NCBI GenBank assembly: GCA_045221335.1
Contig: JBGUWS010000014.1
Coordinates: 70,261 to 134,260, forward strand
Source of the DNA: Alphaproteobacteria bacterium
GTDB taxonomy: Bacteria; Pseudomonadota; Alphaproteobacteria; RF32; CAG-239
Direction of reading: 5' to 3'
DNA: 64,000 nucleotides
Shown here in pieces: positions 1-10,034 of the stretch. The position numbers and the translations under genes were made by a program. Below the pieces are notes generated by a model. It did no database searches and was not told the DNA's origin. It saw nothing but the letters and a program-made list of their open reading frames with translations. The stretch's first letter is position 1. Every line of letters begins with the position of its first letter.

Positions 1-39
1 TGATCTTGTAAATGGACAACAAAAAATCACCGACTTACT

Positions 40-903
40 TTATGATTTTATCAAAACAATCGGGAGGACAAGTACAATGGCAATCAGCGCGAATAAAAGC
101 TGATTTTTAAGGCTTTGTTCGTGGTAGCGAATAGCAGAATAAATCATGACCACCGGCACCGAAAGTCTTAAAAATACGGCAACAATCGAAACAGGTAAAA
201 TGTTAATCGAAGCATAAATCACCAAAAATTCGGACATGGCATAAAAAATACCGGCATAAGCAATGTGTTTGTTTTTAAACATATTTTTGAAATCTTGTTT
301 TGAAATACCGTTAGCAAGGCTGACGATAAACATCACTATCGATGATATGAATAAATACGGATACCAGCCGATTTTGGGAATAGCTAAATGATCTGAAACG
401 GTATATGAGGCCATAATAAACATTGTTATGATAAATGCACATTTTGCCTTTTTGGATAGTCTTGATGCATCGCCTTTTATAAAAAAGGCAAGACCCAATA
501 TACCAAACCCCAAAATGGAGCACACCTTAATGATTCCCAGTCCCTCACCAAAAAACAGATTGTTGGCAAGTGCACCGATAGCTAAAGCAATAAAGCTTAA
601 AAATACCGACGAGGATGTACTTTCTTTGTTAACGATTTGCTGGTACTTAATCAGATAAAACAGCGTAGTACCTTTATAAACACCAACTAAAATAAAAGGG
701 GAAAGTAAAACACCGCGCCAATCATTTGTCAACAAATGTCCCAAAAGCGGAAAAGTTAAACCAAGTGCTACCAAAAGCCAGGTACTTGTGAAAGCAGAAG
801 ACATCGATGGTGGAAAATACTTTGCTGCCGGCTTATATAAAATCGGCCTTCCGGCCCAAGCCAAAAGCAACATCAAACCAATAAAAATTTGGAACAATGT
901 CAT
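40..903 (-). CDS. Polytopic integral membrane protein, probably DMT/EamA-like transporter. The ORF-track N-terminal extension to 975 would overlap tRNA-Gly; the Met at 903 has an AAGGA RBS 9 nt upstream.
   Basis: About 10 predicted hydrophobic helices throughout the translation. I re-chose the start codon to avoid the tRNA overlap. Family assignment rests on topology and composition only. Confidence 0.45.
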   Translation of the reverse strand: MTLFQIFIGLMLLLAWAGRPILYKPAAKYFPPSMSSAFTSTWLLVALGLTFPLLGHLLTNDWRGVLLSPFILVGVYKGTTLFYLIKYQQIVNKESTSSSVFLSFIALAIGALANNLFFGEGLGIIKVCSILGFGILGLAFFIKGDASRLSKKAKCAFIITMFIMASYTVSDHLAIPKIGWYPYLFISSIVMFIVSLANGISKQDFKNMFKNKHIAYAGIFYAMSEFLVIYASINILPVSIVAVFLRLSVPVVMIYSAIRYHEQSLKNQLLFALIAIVLVLPIVLIKS

Positions 904-923
904 CCGCATTTTCCTTATAAATC

Positions 924-997
924 TGGAGCAGGCAACGGGAATCGAACCCGCATTAAAAGCTTGGGAAGCTCTCATTCTACCATTGAATTATGCCTGC
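924..997 (-). tRNA. tRNA-Gly (anticodon CCC), 74 nt with encoded CCA
   Basis: Reverse complement reads GCAGGCA-TA-...-AGAGC-TTCCCAA-GCTTT-...-GCGGG-TTCGATT-CCCGT-TGCCTGC-T-CCA. It has a 7-bp acceptor stem, a GGTTCGATTCC T-arm and an anticodon loop TTCCCAA. Confidence 0.85.
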
Positions 998-1168
998 AAA
1001 CGACTAGAATAAGTAGGGACTAGATATATAATTTTTATAAAAAAATGGCAAGGCTATTTGTTTGTAATGTGGATAAAATCAAGAATAAACAAATTTTTTT
1101 CATACAAAAAAGCTTGCAATTGAGAAATTTAAGGCGTACTTTTTTATAAACACAAAAAGGATGACGAT

Positions 1169-1831
1169 ATGAACAAATTAGAAAAAAGTCTCGGCTACAA
1201 ATTCAATAATAAAAAATATCTGCAACAGGCTCTGACGCATTCCAGTGCAACATCGGATATTCATGAAAATTACGAAAGACTGGAGTTTTTGGGTGATAGA
1301 ATTTTGGGACTGACCATCGCTGACATTTTATATACCACATTTCCGGATGAGCCGGAGGGTAGTCTGGCTCAACGTTTCGTTGTTTTGGTATGTAAGGAAA
1401 CCGTAGCAGAAGTTGTCCGTACCCTAGATATAAAAGGCTATATTCAAGCGATTAATACAAATGTTAATGATAAAGACAGTGTGTTGTGTGATGTCGGAGA
1501 GGCCTTAATTGCCGCCATATACAAGGATAGTGGTAGCCTAGATGTAACACAAGATTTTATCAAACGTTGCTGGCAACCTCACATAGATAAGAAATCTCAT
1601 CCTAAAAAAGATTATAAAACATTATTACAAGAACAAGCCGCCGTATTAAAATATCCTGCTCCGGTGTATAAAGTTATCTCCAAAACCGGACCAGAACATG
1701 CACCTATGTTTGTGATGGAAGTATCTCTAAACAACGATTTAAAGGCTTTAGGAAAGGGCTCTTCTAAAAAACAGGCAGAACAAGCCGCCGCCGCATTAAT
1801 GCTTAATACATTGGGAGTAAAAGATGCCTGA
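1169..1831 (+). CDS. rnc: Ribonuclease III
   Basis: RNase III signature ERLEFLGDRILGL, a C-terminal dsRBD-like segment, 220 aa. It overlaps the downstream era gene by 8 nt, the classical rnc-era arrangement. Confidence 0.9.
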   Translation: MNKLEKSLGYKFNNKKYLQQALTHSSATSDIHENYERLEFLGDRILGLTIADILYTTFPDEPEGSLAQRFVVLVCKETVAEVVRTLDIKGYIQAINTNVNDKDSVLCDVGEALIAAIYKDSGSLDVTQDFIKRCWQPHIDKKSHPKKDYKTLLQEQAAVLKYPAPVYKVISKTGPEHAPMFVMEVSLNNDLKALGKGSSKKQAEQAAAALMLNTLGVKDA

Positions 1832-2738
1832 TAATGTGGAAAATGAAAAAACACGTGCCGGTTTTGTTGCCCTGTTAGGTGCCCCAAATGCAGGCAAGTC
1901 AACCTTAACTAACCATTTTGTCGGCTCAAAAGTAAGTATTGTTTCTCCAAAGGCTCAAACAACACGAACAACCGTCAAGGGCATTGGTATATGGCACAAT
2001 ACACAAATTATCTTTTTAGATACACCGGGTATTTTTAAGCCCAAGCGTCGGCTGGATCGAGCAATGGTCGCCTCCGCGTGGAATGGCGTCTTGGATGCTG
2101 ATATTGTAGCTTTAATTGTTGATGCTAAAAAGGGGATTGATCCGGAAACAGAAAGCATCATCAAAAAAATCAAAGAAAATAAACTCAAAGTTATTTTAAT
2201 CATAAATAAAATTGACCTGGTAGCGGATGAACAACTTTTAAGGTTGGCCAAACAATTAAATGAAAGCTATCATTTTGAAGAAACTTTTATGATTTCCGCA
2301 CTCAATAACAAAAAAACAGAAGAACTTTACGATTATCTTGCAGAACATTTGCCTCAGAGTCCGTGGTACTATCCTGAGGAGCAAATGTCTGATTTGCCGT
2401 TAAAACTTTTAGCTGCCGAAATTGTCAGAGAAAAGCTGTTTTTATACCTAAGACAAGAATTACCCTATGCCTTAACGGTCGAACCGGAGTTATGGGATAG
2501 AAGGGAAGATAACAGTATCCGGGCAGAGATGACCATCTATGTGGAACGTTTAGGGCAAAAACAGATCATATTGGGTAAAGGCGGCGCCATGATAAAAAAG
2601 ATAGGCCAGGCGGCACGACTTGAACTTGAGGATTTATTGGAAGAGCGTATACACCTCTTTTTGTTTGTTAAAGTTAGAGAAAATTGGATAGATGATCCGG
2701 CACGCTACACAGACTGGAATCTTGATTTCAAAGCTTGA
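1824..2738 (+). CDS. era: GTPase Era
   Basis: P-loop GAPNAGKSTL, DTPG, NKID G-motifs and a C-terminal KH domain; 304 aa. Confidence 0.9.
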   Translation: MPDNVENEKTRAGFVALLGAPNAGKSTLTNHFVGSKVSIVSPKAQTTRTTVKGIGIWHNTQIIFLDTPGIFKPKRRLDRAMVASAWNGVLDADIVALIVDAKKGIDPETESIIKKIKENKLKVILIINKIDLVADEQLLRLAKQLNESYHFEETFMISALNNKKTEELYDYLAEHLPQSPWYYPEEQMSDLPLKLLAAEIVREKLFLYLRQELPYALTVEPELWDRREDNSIRAEMTIYVERLGQKQIILGKGGAMIKKIGQAARLELEDLLEERIHLFLFVKVRENWIDDPARYTDWNLDFKA

Positions 2739-2757
2739 TGAGAAATGTAATATTTAC

Positions 2758-3633
2758 TTATAAGTCGCACGATAAACAGCAGTCATTTTCTTCAACCTGA
2801 ATGGTACTGTGTGAAATACCGAACTTTTCATCTAAAAGAGCCGTTACCTTTGGAACAATGGTCACATCACAGGACTGAATATGACAATCCAGCGAAACAT
2901 CATGTTCGTTTATATTCCAGATATGGATATGATGTATGCCTTTAACACCCTCAAGCGCTAAAATAGCCTCTTGTACTTCTTCAATGTTAATATTACCGGG
3001 TGCGGCATCCATTAGGATATTAACAATTTTCGGAAAAGAGTACACGGACTGAAATATCATATAAAAAGCAATGCCTAGTGCAATAATACCATCAACATAA
3101 TATACTCCGAAACAAACAATACATAAACCGGAAATAACCACACCAATAGAACCGAAAGCATCAGCGAGATTATGAACAAAAACCATTTTCATATTAGTAT
3201 TGTGATGTGCATCATGATGAGAAATTTTAGCTGTTGCAATATCGATAATAAGCGATAAAACGGCAATCCAAATAACAACCATTCCTTCAATTGCTTGTGG
3301 TGATATCAAACGAAAGACCCCCTCAATCATAAGATAACATCCGGATATAAATAGCAAGATGAGATTAACGAATCCCCCAATGATTTCAGCACGCTTAAAG
3401 CCATAGGTATACTTTGCGGATGCTTTTTTACGACCAATCCTAAAGGCAATAATAGCAATCAAAATTGAAAAAGCATCTGATGTATTATGAAGCGCGTCCC
3501 CCAATAGAGCAACACTACCGGTAATTACTCCGCCGATAAATTCAACAACGGAAAGCACCATATTGATGAGAAAAGACAGAAATAACAGATGAACGGATTT
3601 TTCTTTAACTTCAGAATGGTGATGATGCGACAT
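2758..3633 (-). CDS. Cation diffusion facilitator family metal efflux transporter (CzcD-like)
   Basis: His-rich N terminus (MSHHHHSE), six TM helices with HxxxD-type metal sites (LLGDALHNTSDAF; ADAFGSIG), and a C-terminal cytoplasmic domain. Start chosen at 3633 because of a GGAAAGGA RBS; the ORF track starts it at 3651. Confidence 0.8.
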   Translation of the reverse strand: MSHHHHSEVKEKSVHLLFLSFLINMVLSVVEFIGGVITGSVALLGDALHNTSDAFSILIAIIAFRIGRKKASAKYTYGFKRAEIIGGFVNLILLFISGCYLMIEGVFRLISPQAIEGMVVIWIAVLSLIIDIATAKISHHDAHHNTNMKMVFVHNLADAFGSIGVVISGLCIVCFGVYYVDGIIALGIAFYMIFQSVYSFPKIVNILMDAAPGNINIEEVQEAILALEGVKGIHHIHIWNINEHDVSLDCHIQSCDVTIVPKVTALLDEKFGISHSTIQVEENDCCLSCDL

Positions 3634-3826
3634 AAATATGATCCTTTCCAATACTAAAACACTCTCATGGTAATTTTATCAGACTTAAAATCAAGCATTA
3701 TTTTAAAGTTTTTATCCGACTTTCCAACAGAATAGCAAAACATTTGCTCCGAACGTATTCAAAATAAATAAATTTTACATAGTATAAAGGCTATCTAAAA
3801 TATTTTTGAAAATGTGCTAAAATCAA

Positions 3827-3854
3827 TTGCAATGTAAAAAATAAATTCTATAAT
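3827..3854 (+). promoter_or_regulatory. Candidate sigma70-type promoter for the hydrogenase operon (TTGCAA-16-TATAAT)
   Basis: Read directly: -35 ttgcaa at 3827-3832 and -10 tataat at 3849-3854, about 40 nt upstream of the hydC-like start. Confidence 0.3.
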
Positions 3855-3895
3855 GCGTCAAGAAATAGTATTTAACTTTAATTTAGGAGATAAAA

Positions 3896-4375
3896 ATGGA
3901 TAATGAGCCTTGCTTAGGTTGCCGTATTGGCGATAAATGGCGCAGAAAACGCGGGTCTCTTATTATGGCTCTGCATGAAATTCAAGGAACAAAGGGTTAT
4001 GTTGATTGGAAAGATGCTATGGATTTAGCTCAAACAATGGAAGTCCCTTTAGCACGTATCTACGAAGTGTTAACGTTCTATAACTTTTTTAAGTTAGTTG
4101 CGCCTGGTAAGGCTGTTATCTCTGTTTGTACCGGTACGGCTTGTTTCTTAAAAGGAAATGATAAAGTCTTAGAAAAATTCAAATCAGAACTTAATATTAA
4201 AGAAGGTGAAAGTACACCTGATGGACTGTTTCACTTGCAGGTCGTACGTTGTGTCGGTTGCTGCGGTTTGGCTCCGGTTTGTGTTGTTAATGGTAAAACA
4301 TATGGTCGTATGACACCGGAACAAGTGCCTGAAATCCTAAATGAATGGCGCGAAGTATTTAAAGAGGAGGCTTAA
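3896..4375 (+). CDS. hydC: NADH-dependent [FeFe] hydrogenase small subunit, NuoE/HydC-like thioredoxin-fold [2Fe-2S] protein
   Basis: NuoE-family Cys pattern (CTGTAC...CVGCCGLAP), 159 aa, first gene of a three-gene cluster with NuoF-like and HydA genes. Confidence 0.8.
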   Translation: MDNEPCLGCRIGDKWRRKRGSLIMALHEIQGTKGYVDWKDAMDLAQTMEVPLARIYEVLTFYNFFKLVAPGKAVISVCTGTACFLKGNDKVLEKFKSELNIKEGESTPDGLFHLQVVRCVGCCGLAPVCVVNGKTYGRMTPEQVPEILNEWREVFKEEA

Positions 4376-4378
4376 GCT

Positions 4379-6058
4379 ATGGTAGATATGGCTGAAATTA
4401 ATAAAAGGTTTGATATCCATAACATTGCAAACACAAAACGTGCGGAAATCGAAAAATATGAATGCAGTATTTTTTGCTGCCATTCCACAGCTTGCAAGTC
4501 CTCAGGTAGTGATGATCTGATTGCCTTAATCAGAAAAGTTTTAGAAGAAAATGGTCTAATCGATAAGGTTCGTGTTGTCACCACCGGTTGTATGGGACTT
4601 TGTGCGCATGGTCCACTCATCAGAGTTGAAATAAAAGGCAAAAAGGATATCTTATTTAAACGTGTTGATGCTGAAATTACGCGCACAATTATGGAAAAGT
4701 ATGTTATCCCCGGTATTCAAAGCAAAGAAGACATTGTATTAGATAAAAGTTTGGCAGAACACGTTCTTTCTCTTGACTTACCGTTTTTTACCAAGCAAGA
4801 AAAAGTGGTATTAAAAAATGCCGGACATATTGACCCAGAAGATATTACAGAATATATGGCAAGCGGCGGTTATTTAGCCTTAGAAAAAGCATTAAAAACC
4901 ATGACGCCGCAAGAGGTTGTCGAAGAAATCAAAAAATCCGGTTTACGCGGACGTGGTGGCGGTGGCTTCTCCACAGGTATGAAATGGGAACTGGCAGCCA
5001 AAGTGCCGACTGTCGATGAAAAGTTTATCATCTGTAATGGTGACGAAGGTGATCCGGGAGCCTACATGGATCGTTCTATCTTAGAGGGTGACCCGCATGC
5101 CGTGATTGAAGGCATGATGATTGCAGCATATGCTATCGGGGCAACATCCGGTTGGTTTTATGTCAGAGCAGAATACCCGCTGGCAGTTGAAAGAGTACAA
5201 AAAGCCATCCAAGCTTGTAAGAAGAACAGATTGTTGGGTAACAATATTATGGGTACTGATTTCTCATTTAATATTGATATCCGTTTAGGTGCAGGTGCTT
5301 TCGTTTGTGGTGAGGAAACAGCTCTTATCCATTCAATTGAAGGAATGAGAGGTACGCCTCGTCCCAGACCGCCATATCCGACCAACAAAGGTCTGTGGGA
5401 TAAACCATCCTGTGTAAATAATGTAGAAACACTGGCCAATGTGGCAAAGATTTTACTTAAAGGCGCAGACTGGTTCTCATCTTTTGGTACAGAAACATCA
5501 AAAGGAACAAAGGTATTTGCTTTAACCGGACAAGTTGAAAATTCCGGCTTGATTGAAGTACCAATGGGAACGACCATTGATGAAATTGTTAACGAAATCG
5601 GTGGTGGCGTATCAAAGGGAAAGACATTAAAGGCTGTCCAAACAGGGGGACCTTCAGGTGGCGTTATTCCTGCAAAGTATATGAATATGCCTGTTTGCTA
5701 TGAAGAGTTAAAGAAACTTGGCTCTATTATGGGATCCGGAGGTATGATTGTTATTGATGATTCATCAGACATGGTGGCTTTAGCAAAGTTTTATTTGGAT
5801 TTCACGGTTGATGAATCATGTGGCAAATGTTCACCATGTCGAATTGGCGGTAAACAAATGTTGCTTTTACTTGATAAAATCAATCGCGGACGTGGCAAGA
5901 AGAAAGATTTGGAACTCTTAAAAAAGATTGCTTTTGCCATGCAGAAAGCCTCACTTTGCGGCTTAGGACAAACAGCACCAAATCCTGTCTTATCAACGCT
6001 ACGTTTTTATGAAGAAGAGTACACAAATAAATTGCTTGATGGTCAAGAGAAGGAGTAA
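4379..6058 (+). CDS. hydB: NADH-dependent [FeFe] hydrogenase flavoprotein subunit, NuoF/HydB-like
   Basis: N-terminal [2Fe-2S] thioredoxin-like module, NuoF core with GRGGGGFSTGMKW (FMN/NADH site), SLCGLGQ, and C-terminal ferredoxin-type cysteines (CGKCSPCRIGG). Strong GAGGAGG RBS. Confidence 0.85.
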   Translation: MVDMAEINKRFDIHNIANTKRAEIEKYECSIFCCHSTACKSSGSDDLIALIRKVLEENGLIDKVRVVTTGCMGLCAHGPLIRVEIKGKKDILFKRVDAEITRTIMEKYVIPGIQSKEDIVLDKSLAEHVLSLDLPFFTKQEKVVLKNAGHIDPEDITEYMASGGYLALEKALKTMTPQEVVEEIKKSGLRGRGGGGFSTGMKWELAAKVPTVDEKFIICNGDEGDPGAYMDRSILEGDPHAVIEGMMIAAYAIGATSGWFYVRAEYPLAVERVQKAIQACKKNRLLGNNIMGTDFSFNIDIRLGAGAFVCGEETALIHSIEGMRGTPRPRPPYPTNKGLWDKPSCVNNVETLANVAKILLKGADWFSSFGTETSKGTKVFALTGQVENSGLIEVPMGTTIDEIVNEIGGGVSKGKTLKAVQTGGPSGGVIPAKYMNMPVCYEELKKLGSIMGSGGMIVIDDSSDMVALAKFYLDFTVDESCGKCSPCRIGGKQMLLLLDKINRGRGKKKDLELLKKIAFAMQKASLCGLGQTAPNPVLSTLRFYEEEYTNKLLDGQEKE

Positions 6059-6062
6059 TCAG

Positions 6063-7835
6063 ATGGTTAAATTAAAAATTGATAATATAGAAGTTGAAGT
6101 CAAAGCCGGTACGAGCATTTTAGATGCCGCAAGACTTGCACAAGTTAATATTCCAACTCTTTGCAAACACCCAGATGTTGATCCAAGCGCAGGTTGTGGT
6201 TTATGTATCGTTAAAGTTGGTGGGCGAATTATGCGTTCCTGTTGCACCCCAGTTTCAGAAGGAATGGAAGTTATTACTTCCGATGAAGAATTGATAGAAA
6301 TCAGGAGGACTGTGTTAAAACTGATATTGAGTAATCACCCTAACGATTGCTTAAATTGTTCCAGAAACAATCAATGCGAGTTGCAAGATATTACTGCGGA
6401 GATGAATATTAATCAAAACGAAGTTACCAAGTTGGTTTACATGGAAGCAAAAGATGATACCACCAAAGCAATTGTTTTTGATCCTACAAAATGTATTGTA
6501 TGTGGGAGATGTGTGAATATTTGTCAGAATGTTCAAAATGTTTGGGCATTGAGTTATCATCGCCGTGGCTTTTCAACCAAAATTACTGGATCTAATGATA
6601 CAAAGCTTGGTGATTCACCTTGTATCAGGTGTGGTCAGTGTGCGGCTCACTGTCCAACTGGAGCAATTGCCGATTATGATAATACTCAAAAAGTATCAGC
6701 TCTGATTAATAATAAGGAAAACGTTACGGTTGTTCAAATTGCACCGGCCGTACGTGTGGCTTTGGGCGAAGAATTCGGCTTTAAGTTCGGATCAAACTTA
6801 ACCGGAAAAATTTATGCCGCATTACGTCGTTTAGGTTTTTCTAAGGTGTTTGATACAAACTTTGGCGCGGATTTAACGATCATTGAAGAAGCAACAGAGT
6901 TTGTTAAACGCTTTACAACAAATGATCATTTGCCGATGTTTACTTCCTGCTGTCCGGCATGGGTAGATTATATTGAAAAATACTATCCTCAAAATCTGGA
7001 GAATTTATCTTCATGTAAATCTCCTCACCAGATGGTTGGCGCTATTGCCAAGACATATTGGGCAGAAAAAGCAGGTCTTGACGCCGCAAAAGTCAAGGTT
7101 GTTTCAGTTATGCCTTGTACTGCCAAAAAGTGGGAAATTGAGCGTGATGAAACCATGAGTTCCTCCGGTTATAAAGATGTGGATGAAGTTATTACCACGC
7201 GTGAATTAGCAAAGATGATTAAAGCATCCGGTATTGACTTTAAGAACTTAAAAGAAGAAGAAGCGGATAATCCTTTGGGAGAATACTCTGGTGCGGCCAC
7301 TATTTTTGGTGTAACCGGTGGTGTGATGACCGCAGCTTTAAGAACGGCATATTTTTATATTACTGGCGAAGAGCTTGGAGAACTGAACTTTAAGGATATA
7401 GAAGGTCTTGATGCCGTTAAAGTAGCAGAAGTTGATATAAAAGGAACCAAGGTTCGTATTGCCGTTGTCAATGGTGTTGGCAATGTTACCCCTGTTATGG
7501 AGGCCATTAACAAAGCAAAAGAAGAAGGCTCTGAGCTTCCTTACCACTTTGTTGAAGTGATGGCCTGTCCCGGCGGTTGTATTGCCGGTGGTGGACAGCC
7601 GCGGGTAATGGGTGTCGTATTTGATAAGCCTTGGGGAATCAATGATAAAATTCGTAAACTCCGTTCAAAAGGTTTGAATACAGAAGATGAAGAAGCTAAA
7701 AATCGCTTATCTCACAAAAATGAATCCATTAAGAAATTATATGCGGAGTATTTAGGTGAGGCTGGCGGTAAGAAGTCACACCATCTTTTGCATACGAAGT
7801 ACCACAAGCGTGACTTATATAAAAAAGAATCTTAA
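6063..7835 (+). CDS. hydA: [FeFe] hydrogenase catalytic subunit (H-cluster protein) with N-terminal 2Fe-2S and 4Fe-4S ferredoxin domains
   Basis: H-cluster motifs L1 TSCCPAW, L2 MPCTAKKWE, L3 EVMACPGGCIAGGGQP, plus 2Fe-2S and 2x[4Fe-4S] N-terminal modules. Start moved to 6063 (GGAG RBS, immediately after the hydB stop) rather than the ORF-track 6009. Confidence 0.85.
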   Translation: MVKLKIDNIEVEVKAGTSILDAARLAQVNIPTLCKHPDVDPSAGCGLCIVKVGGRIMRSCCTPVSEGMEVITSDEELIEIRRTVLKLILSNHPNDCLNCSRNNQCELQDITAEMNINQNEVTKLVYMEAKDDTTKAIVFDPTKCIVCGRCVNICQNVQNVWALSYHRRGFSTKITGSNDTKLGDSPCIRCGQCAAHCPTGAIADYDNTQKVSALINNKENVTVVQIAPAVRVALGEEFGFKFGSNLTGKIYAALRRLGFSKVFDTNFGADLTIIEEATEFVKRFTTNDHLPMFTSCCPAWVDYIEKYYPQNLENLSSCKSPHQMVGAIAKTYWAEKAGLDAAKVKVVSVMPCTAKKWEIERDETMSSSGYKDVDEVITTRELAKMIKASGIDFKNLKEEEADNPLGEYSGAATIFGVTGGVMTAALRTAYFYITGEELGELNFKDIEGLDAVKVAEVDIKGTKVRIAVVNGVGNVTPVMEAINKAKEEGSELPYHFVEVMACPGGCIAGGGQPRVMGVVFDKPWGINDKIRKLRSKGLNTEDEEAKNRLSHKNESIKKLYAEYLGEAGGKKSHHLLHTKYHKRDLYKKES

Positions 7836-7903
7836 TAACTTATTTGTTAAACGGCACTCTGCATTGAGTGTCGTTTGGCAATATATCAGATAAAAGGTGA
7901 GAG

Positions 7904-8389
7904 ATGAAAAAAGTATTACTTTTGGTTTTGTTATTGACTGCTTGCACATATCAGCAAACGATTTCTTCATATCATAAAATTGATACTAATGCTCGGACAG
8001 TTGCCGTTGATAGCACTAACATGACAGATATACACTTTGATTTTAAACGAGCTTTAACAGAAGCAGGGTTTGAGATTTACAATAAAAATAATAACGGATA
8101 TGCCGCACGTTATGAGCTTTCCGATGATATTCATAAAGATGATAATGTCAGATGTGGTTTATGGGAAGAAGGCTATACTTATGAGATAACGTTTATTGAT
8201 AAAGTTAAAAAGGCTGAAGCTTTCGGTATACAAGGGCAAGGTTGTCGGGAAAATATCTTAAAAGATTTTACAGCGCTAATCAATAATCGCTACGATGAAA
8301 AGGAGAAAACGGTTGATAAACCTGAAAATAGTGATGCTATGAAAGTTCCAACTTTAAGATCTGATGGCAGAACCTGGTGGGGTAACTGA
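7904..8389 (+). CDS. Lipoprotein of unknown function
   Basis: Signal peptide with lipobox LLTAC; 161 aa. No recognisable domain. Confidence 0.5.
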   Translation: MKKVLLLVLLLTACTYQQTISSYHKIDTNARTVAVDSTNMTDIHFDFKRALTEAGFEIYNKNNNGYAARYELSDDIHKDDNVRCGLWEEGYTYEITFIDKVKKAEAFGIQGQGCRENILKDFTALINNRYDEKEKTVDKPENSDAMKVPTLRSDGRTWWGN

Positions 8390-8561
8390 GGTAGGTAAAT
8401 TTTCTATCCTTCCTCATTTTTTATTAAGGCTTATACTTAATAAAATTATTTCTTTATTTTCAAAGATTAAAACTTTTTTAAGTGCTATATTATATAAAAA
8501 CACTGGATTAATTTATCAAAAATGATTATAGAAATAAAAAGAACAAACGAAAGATGAATAT

Positions 8562-10034
8562 ATGAATACCCCAGAATTAGAAACAAAAAGATTAAAGCGA
8601 GAAGTTTTGGTACGTCTAGTCAAAGCTTTTCTTTCGGATAACTTTGCCGAAAATGCACGACTTATTCCTTATGATATGCGTCCAAAATATTCAGAAGTAC
8701 CTTTTCGGTGTTGTGTTTACAAAGAACGCGGAATTTTACGTGCTAGAACATTAGCAGGATTAGGTTTTTCCATTGAAGAAGATGATGAAAAGACAATGCT
8801 TTCACAATATGCCATAAAAGCATTAGAAAGATCTTGTCCTGATTCAAATCCCTTAACAGTAGTTGAAAGTGCTTGTCATAGCTGTCAGGCGTCAAGAGTC
8901 TACGTTACAGATTTATGTCAAAATTGTGTGGCCCGTCCATGCATGAATACGTGCCGTTTTGGTGCAATTTCTGTTATTAATGGTAAATCTGTGATTGATC
9001 CTCAAAAATGCAAAAAATGCGGCATGTGTATGTCTGTTTGTCCTTATGGAGCAATTATTAAAACTGTTGTTCCTTGTGAAAACTCGTGTCCAGTTGGTGC
9101 TATTGCTAAGGATGAGCGTGGTTTTGCGCGTATTGATAAGGAAAAATGTATCTCGTGTGGCAAGTGTGTGACGGCCTGTCCGTTTGGTGCAGTACATGCC
9201 AAATCTCAGATTATAGATGTATTAAAACATATCAAAGAAAAAAAAGAAGTAATCGCCCTAATTGCACCGGCTCTGATCGGACACCTCGCTTGTCAGCCGG
9301 AACAAATTAAAGACGCACTGCTCAAAATCGGATTTAGTGATGTATATGAAGTAGCTCAAGGAGCGGATGTAACAGCAACAACAGAGGCTAAAGATCTTGA
9401 AAAGAGGCTATCAGAAGGTAGTCCATTTATGACTACATCTTGTTGTGCGGCCTATAACGAGCTGGTTAAAAAACATCTCCCTGAGATCAAACCCTATGTC
9501 TCAGATACGCACACCCCTCTTTATTATACAGCAGAGATTGTTAAAAAACAGCACCCAAAAGCTATAACAGTATTTATCAGCCCTTGTTTTGCAAAACGTC
9601 GTGAAGTTTTAGATAATCCGAATGTTAATTATCTGATGAATTTTGAGGAATTAGGTGCTACATTGATTGCAATGGGTATAGAGATTGAAAATTGCAAAGA
9701 AAAAGAATTTTCATACCAAAGTTCAACGGAAGGTCGTGAATTTGCTCTTTCTGGAGGGGTTGCACGCTCTGTTCAAGCAGCATGGAATGGCAAAAAGGAT
9801 GCCATCAAACCTGTTATTATTAATGGGTTGGATAAATCGTCCATCCGTAACTTAAAAGCTTATGCCAATAGGAGTGCACATCCAGATGGTAATTTGATCG
9901 AAGTCATGAGTTGCTCTGGTGGATGCATTGCCGGAAATGCCTGTCCTGGACCAATCAGCGCAGCGCTAAAAAAAGTAAAAGACTATGGTGAAAAAGGACA
10001 ATCATTAGAAGAAAGAAAGGAAGATTGTAGATGA
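8562..10034 (+). CDS. [FeFe]-hydrogenase-like iron-sulfur protein (ferredoxin-fused HydA paralog with divergent H-cluster motifs)
   Basis: Four ferredoxin-type CxxCxxCxxxCP clusters followed by divergent H-cluster motifs TTSCCAAY, ISPCFAKRRE and EVMSCSGGCIAGNACPG; all four H-cluster Cys, the Lys and the Glu are retained. Its stop overlaps the adhE start (ATGA). Confidence 0.7.
   Translation: MNTPELETKRLKREVLVRLVKAFLSDNFAENARLIPYDMRPKYSEVPFRCCVYKERGILRARTLAGLGFSIEEDDEKTMLSQYAIKALERSCPDSNPLTVVESACHSCQASRVYVTDLCQNCVARPCMNTCRFGAISVINGKSVIDPQKCKKCGMCMSVCPYGAIIKTVVPCENSCPVGAIAKDERGFARIDKEKCISCGKCVTACPFGAVHAKSQIIDVLKHIKEKKEVIALIAPALIGHLACQPEQIKDALLKIGFSDVYEVAQGADVTATTEAKDLEKRLSEGSPFMTTSCCAAYNELVKKHLPEIKPYVSDTHTPLYYTAEIVKKQHPKAITVFISPCFAKRREVLDNPNVNYLMNFEELGATLIAMGIEIENCKEKEFSYQSSTEGREFALSGGVARSVQAAWNGKKDAIKPVIINGLDKSSIRNLKAYANRSAHPDGNLIEVMSCSGGCIAGNACPGPISAALKKVKDYGEKGQSLEERKEDCR

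Noticed and set aside
40-975. ORF-track N-terminal extension of the membrane protein up to 975
   Set aside because: It would overlap tRNA-Gly (924-997) on the same strand. An internal Met at 903 has a proper RBS, so I treated the extension as an artefact.
311-1012. Small ORFs 311-523(-), 428-658(+), 788-1012(+)
   Set aside because: All overlap the membrane-protein gene or the tRNA, and have no RBS or motifs.
7836-7903. Hairpin after hydA (acggcactc...gagtgtcgt)
   Set aside because: The stem is reasonable but there is no following T-run. Too weak to call a terminator.
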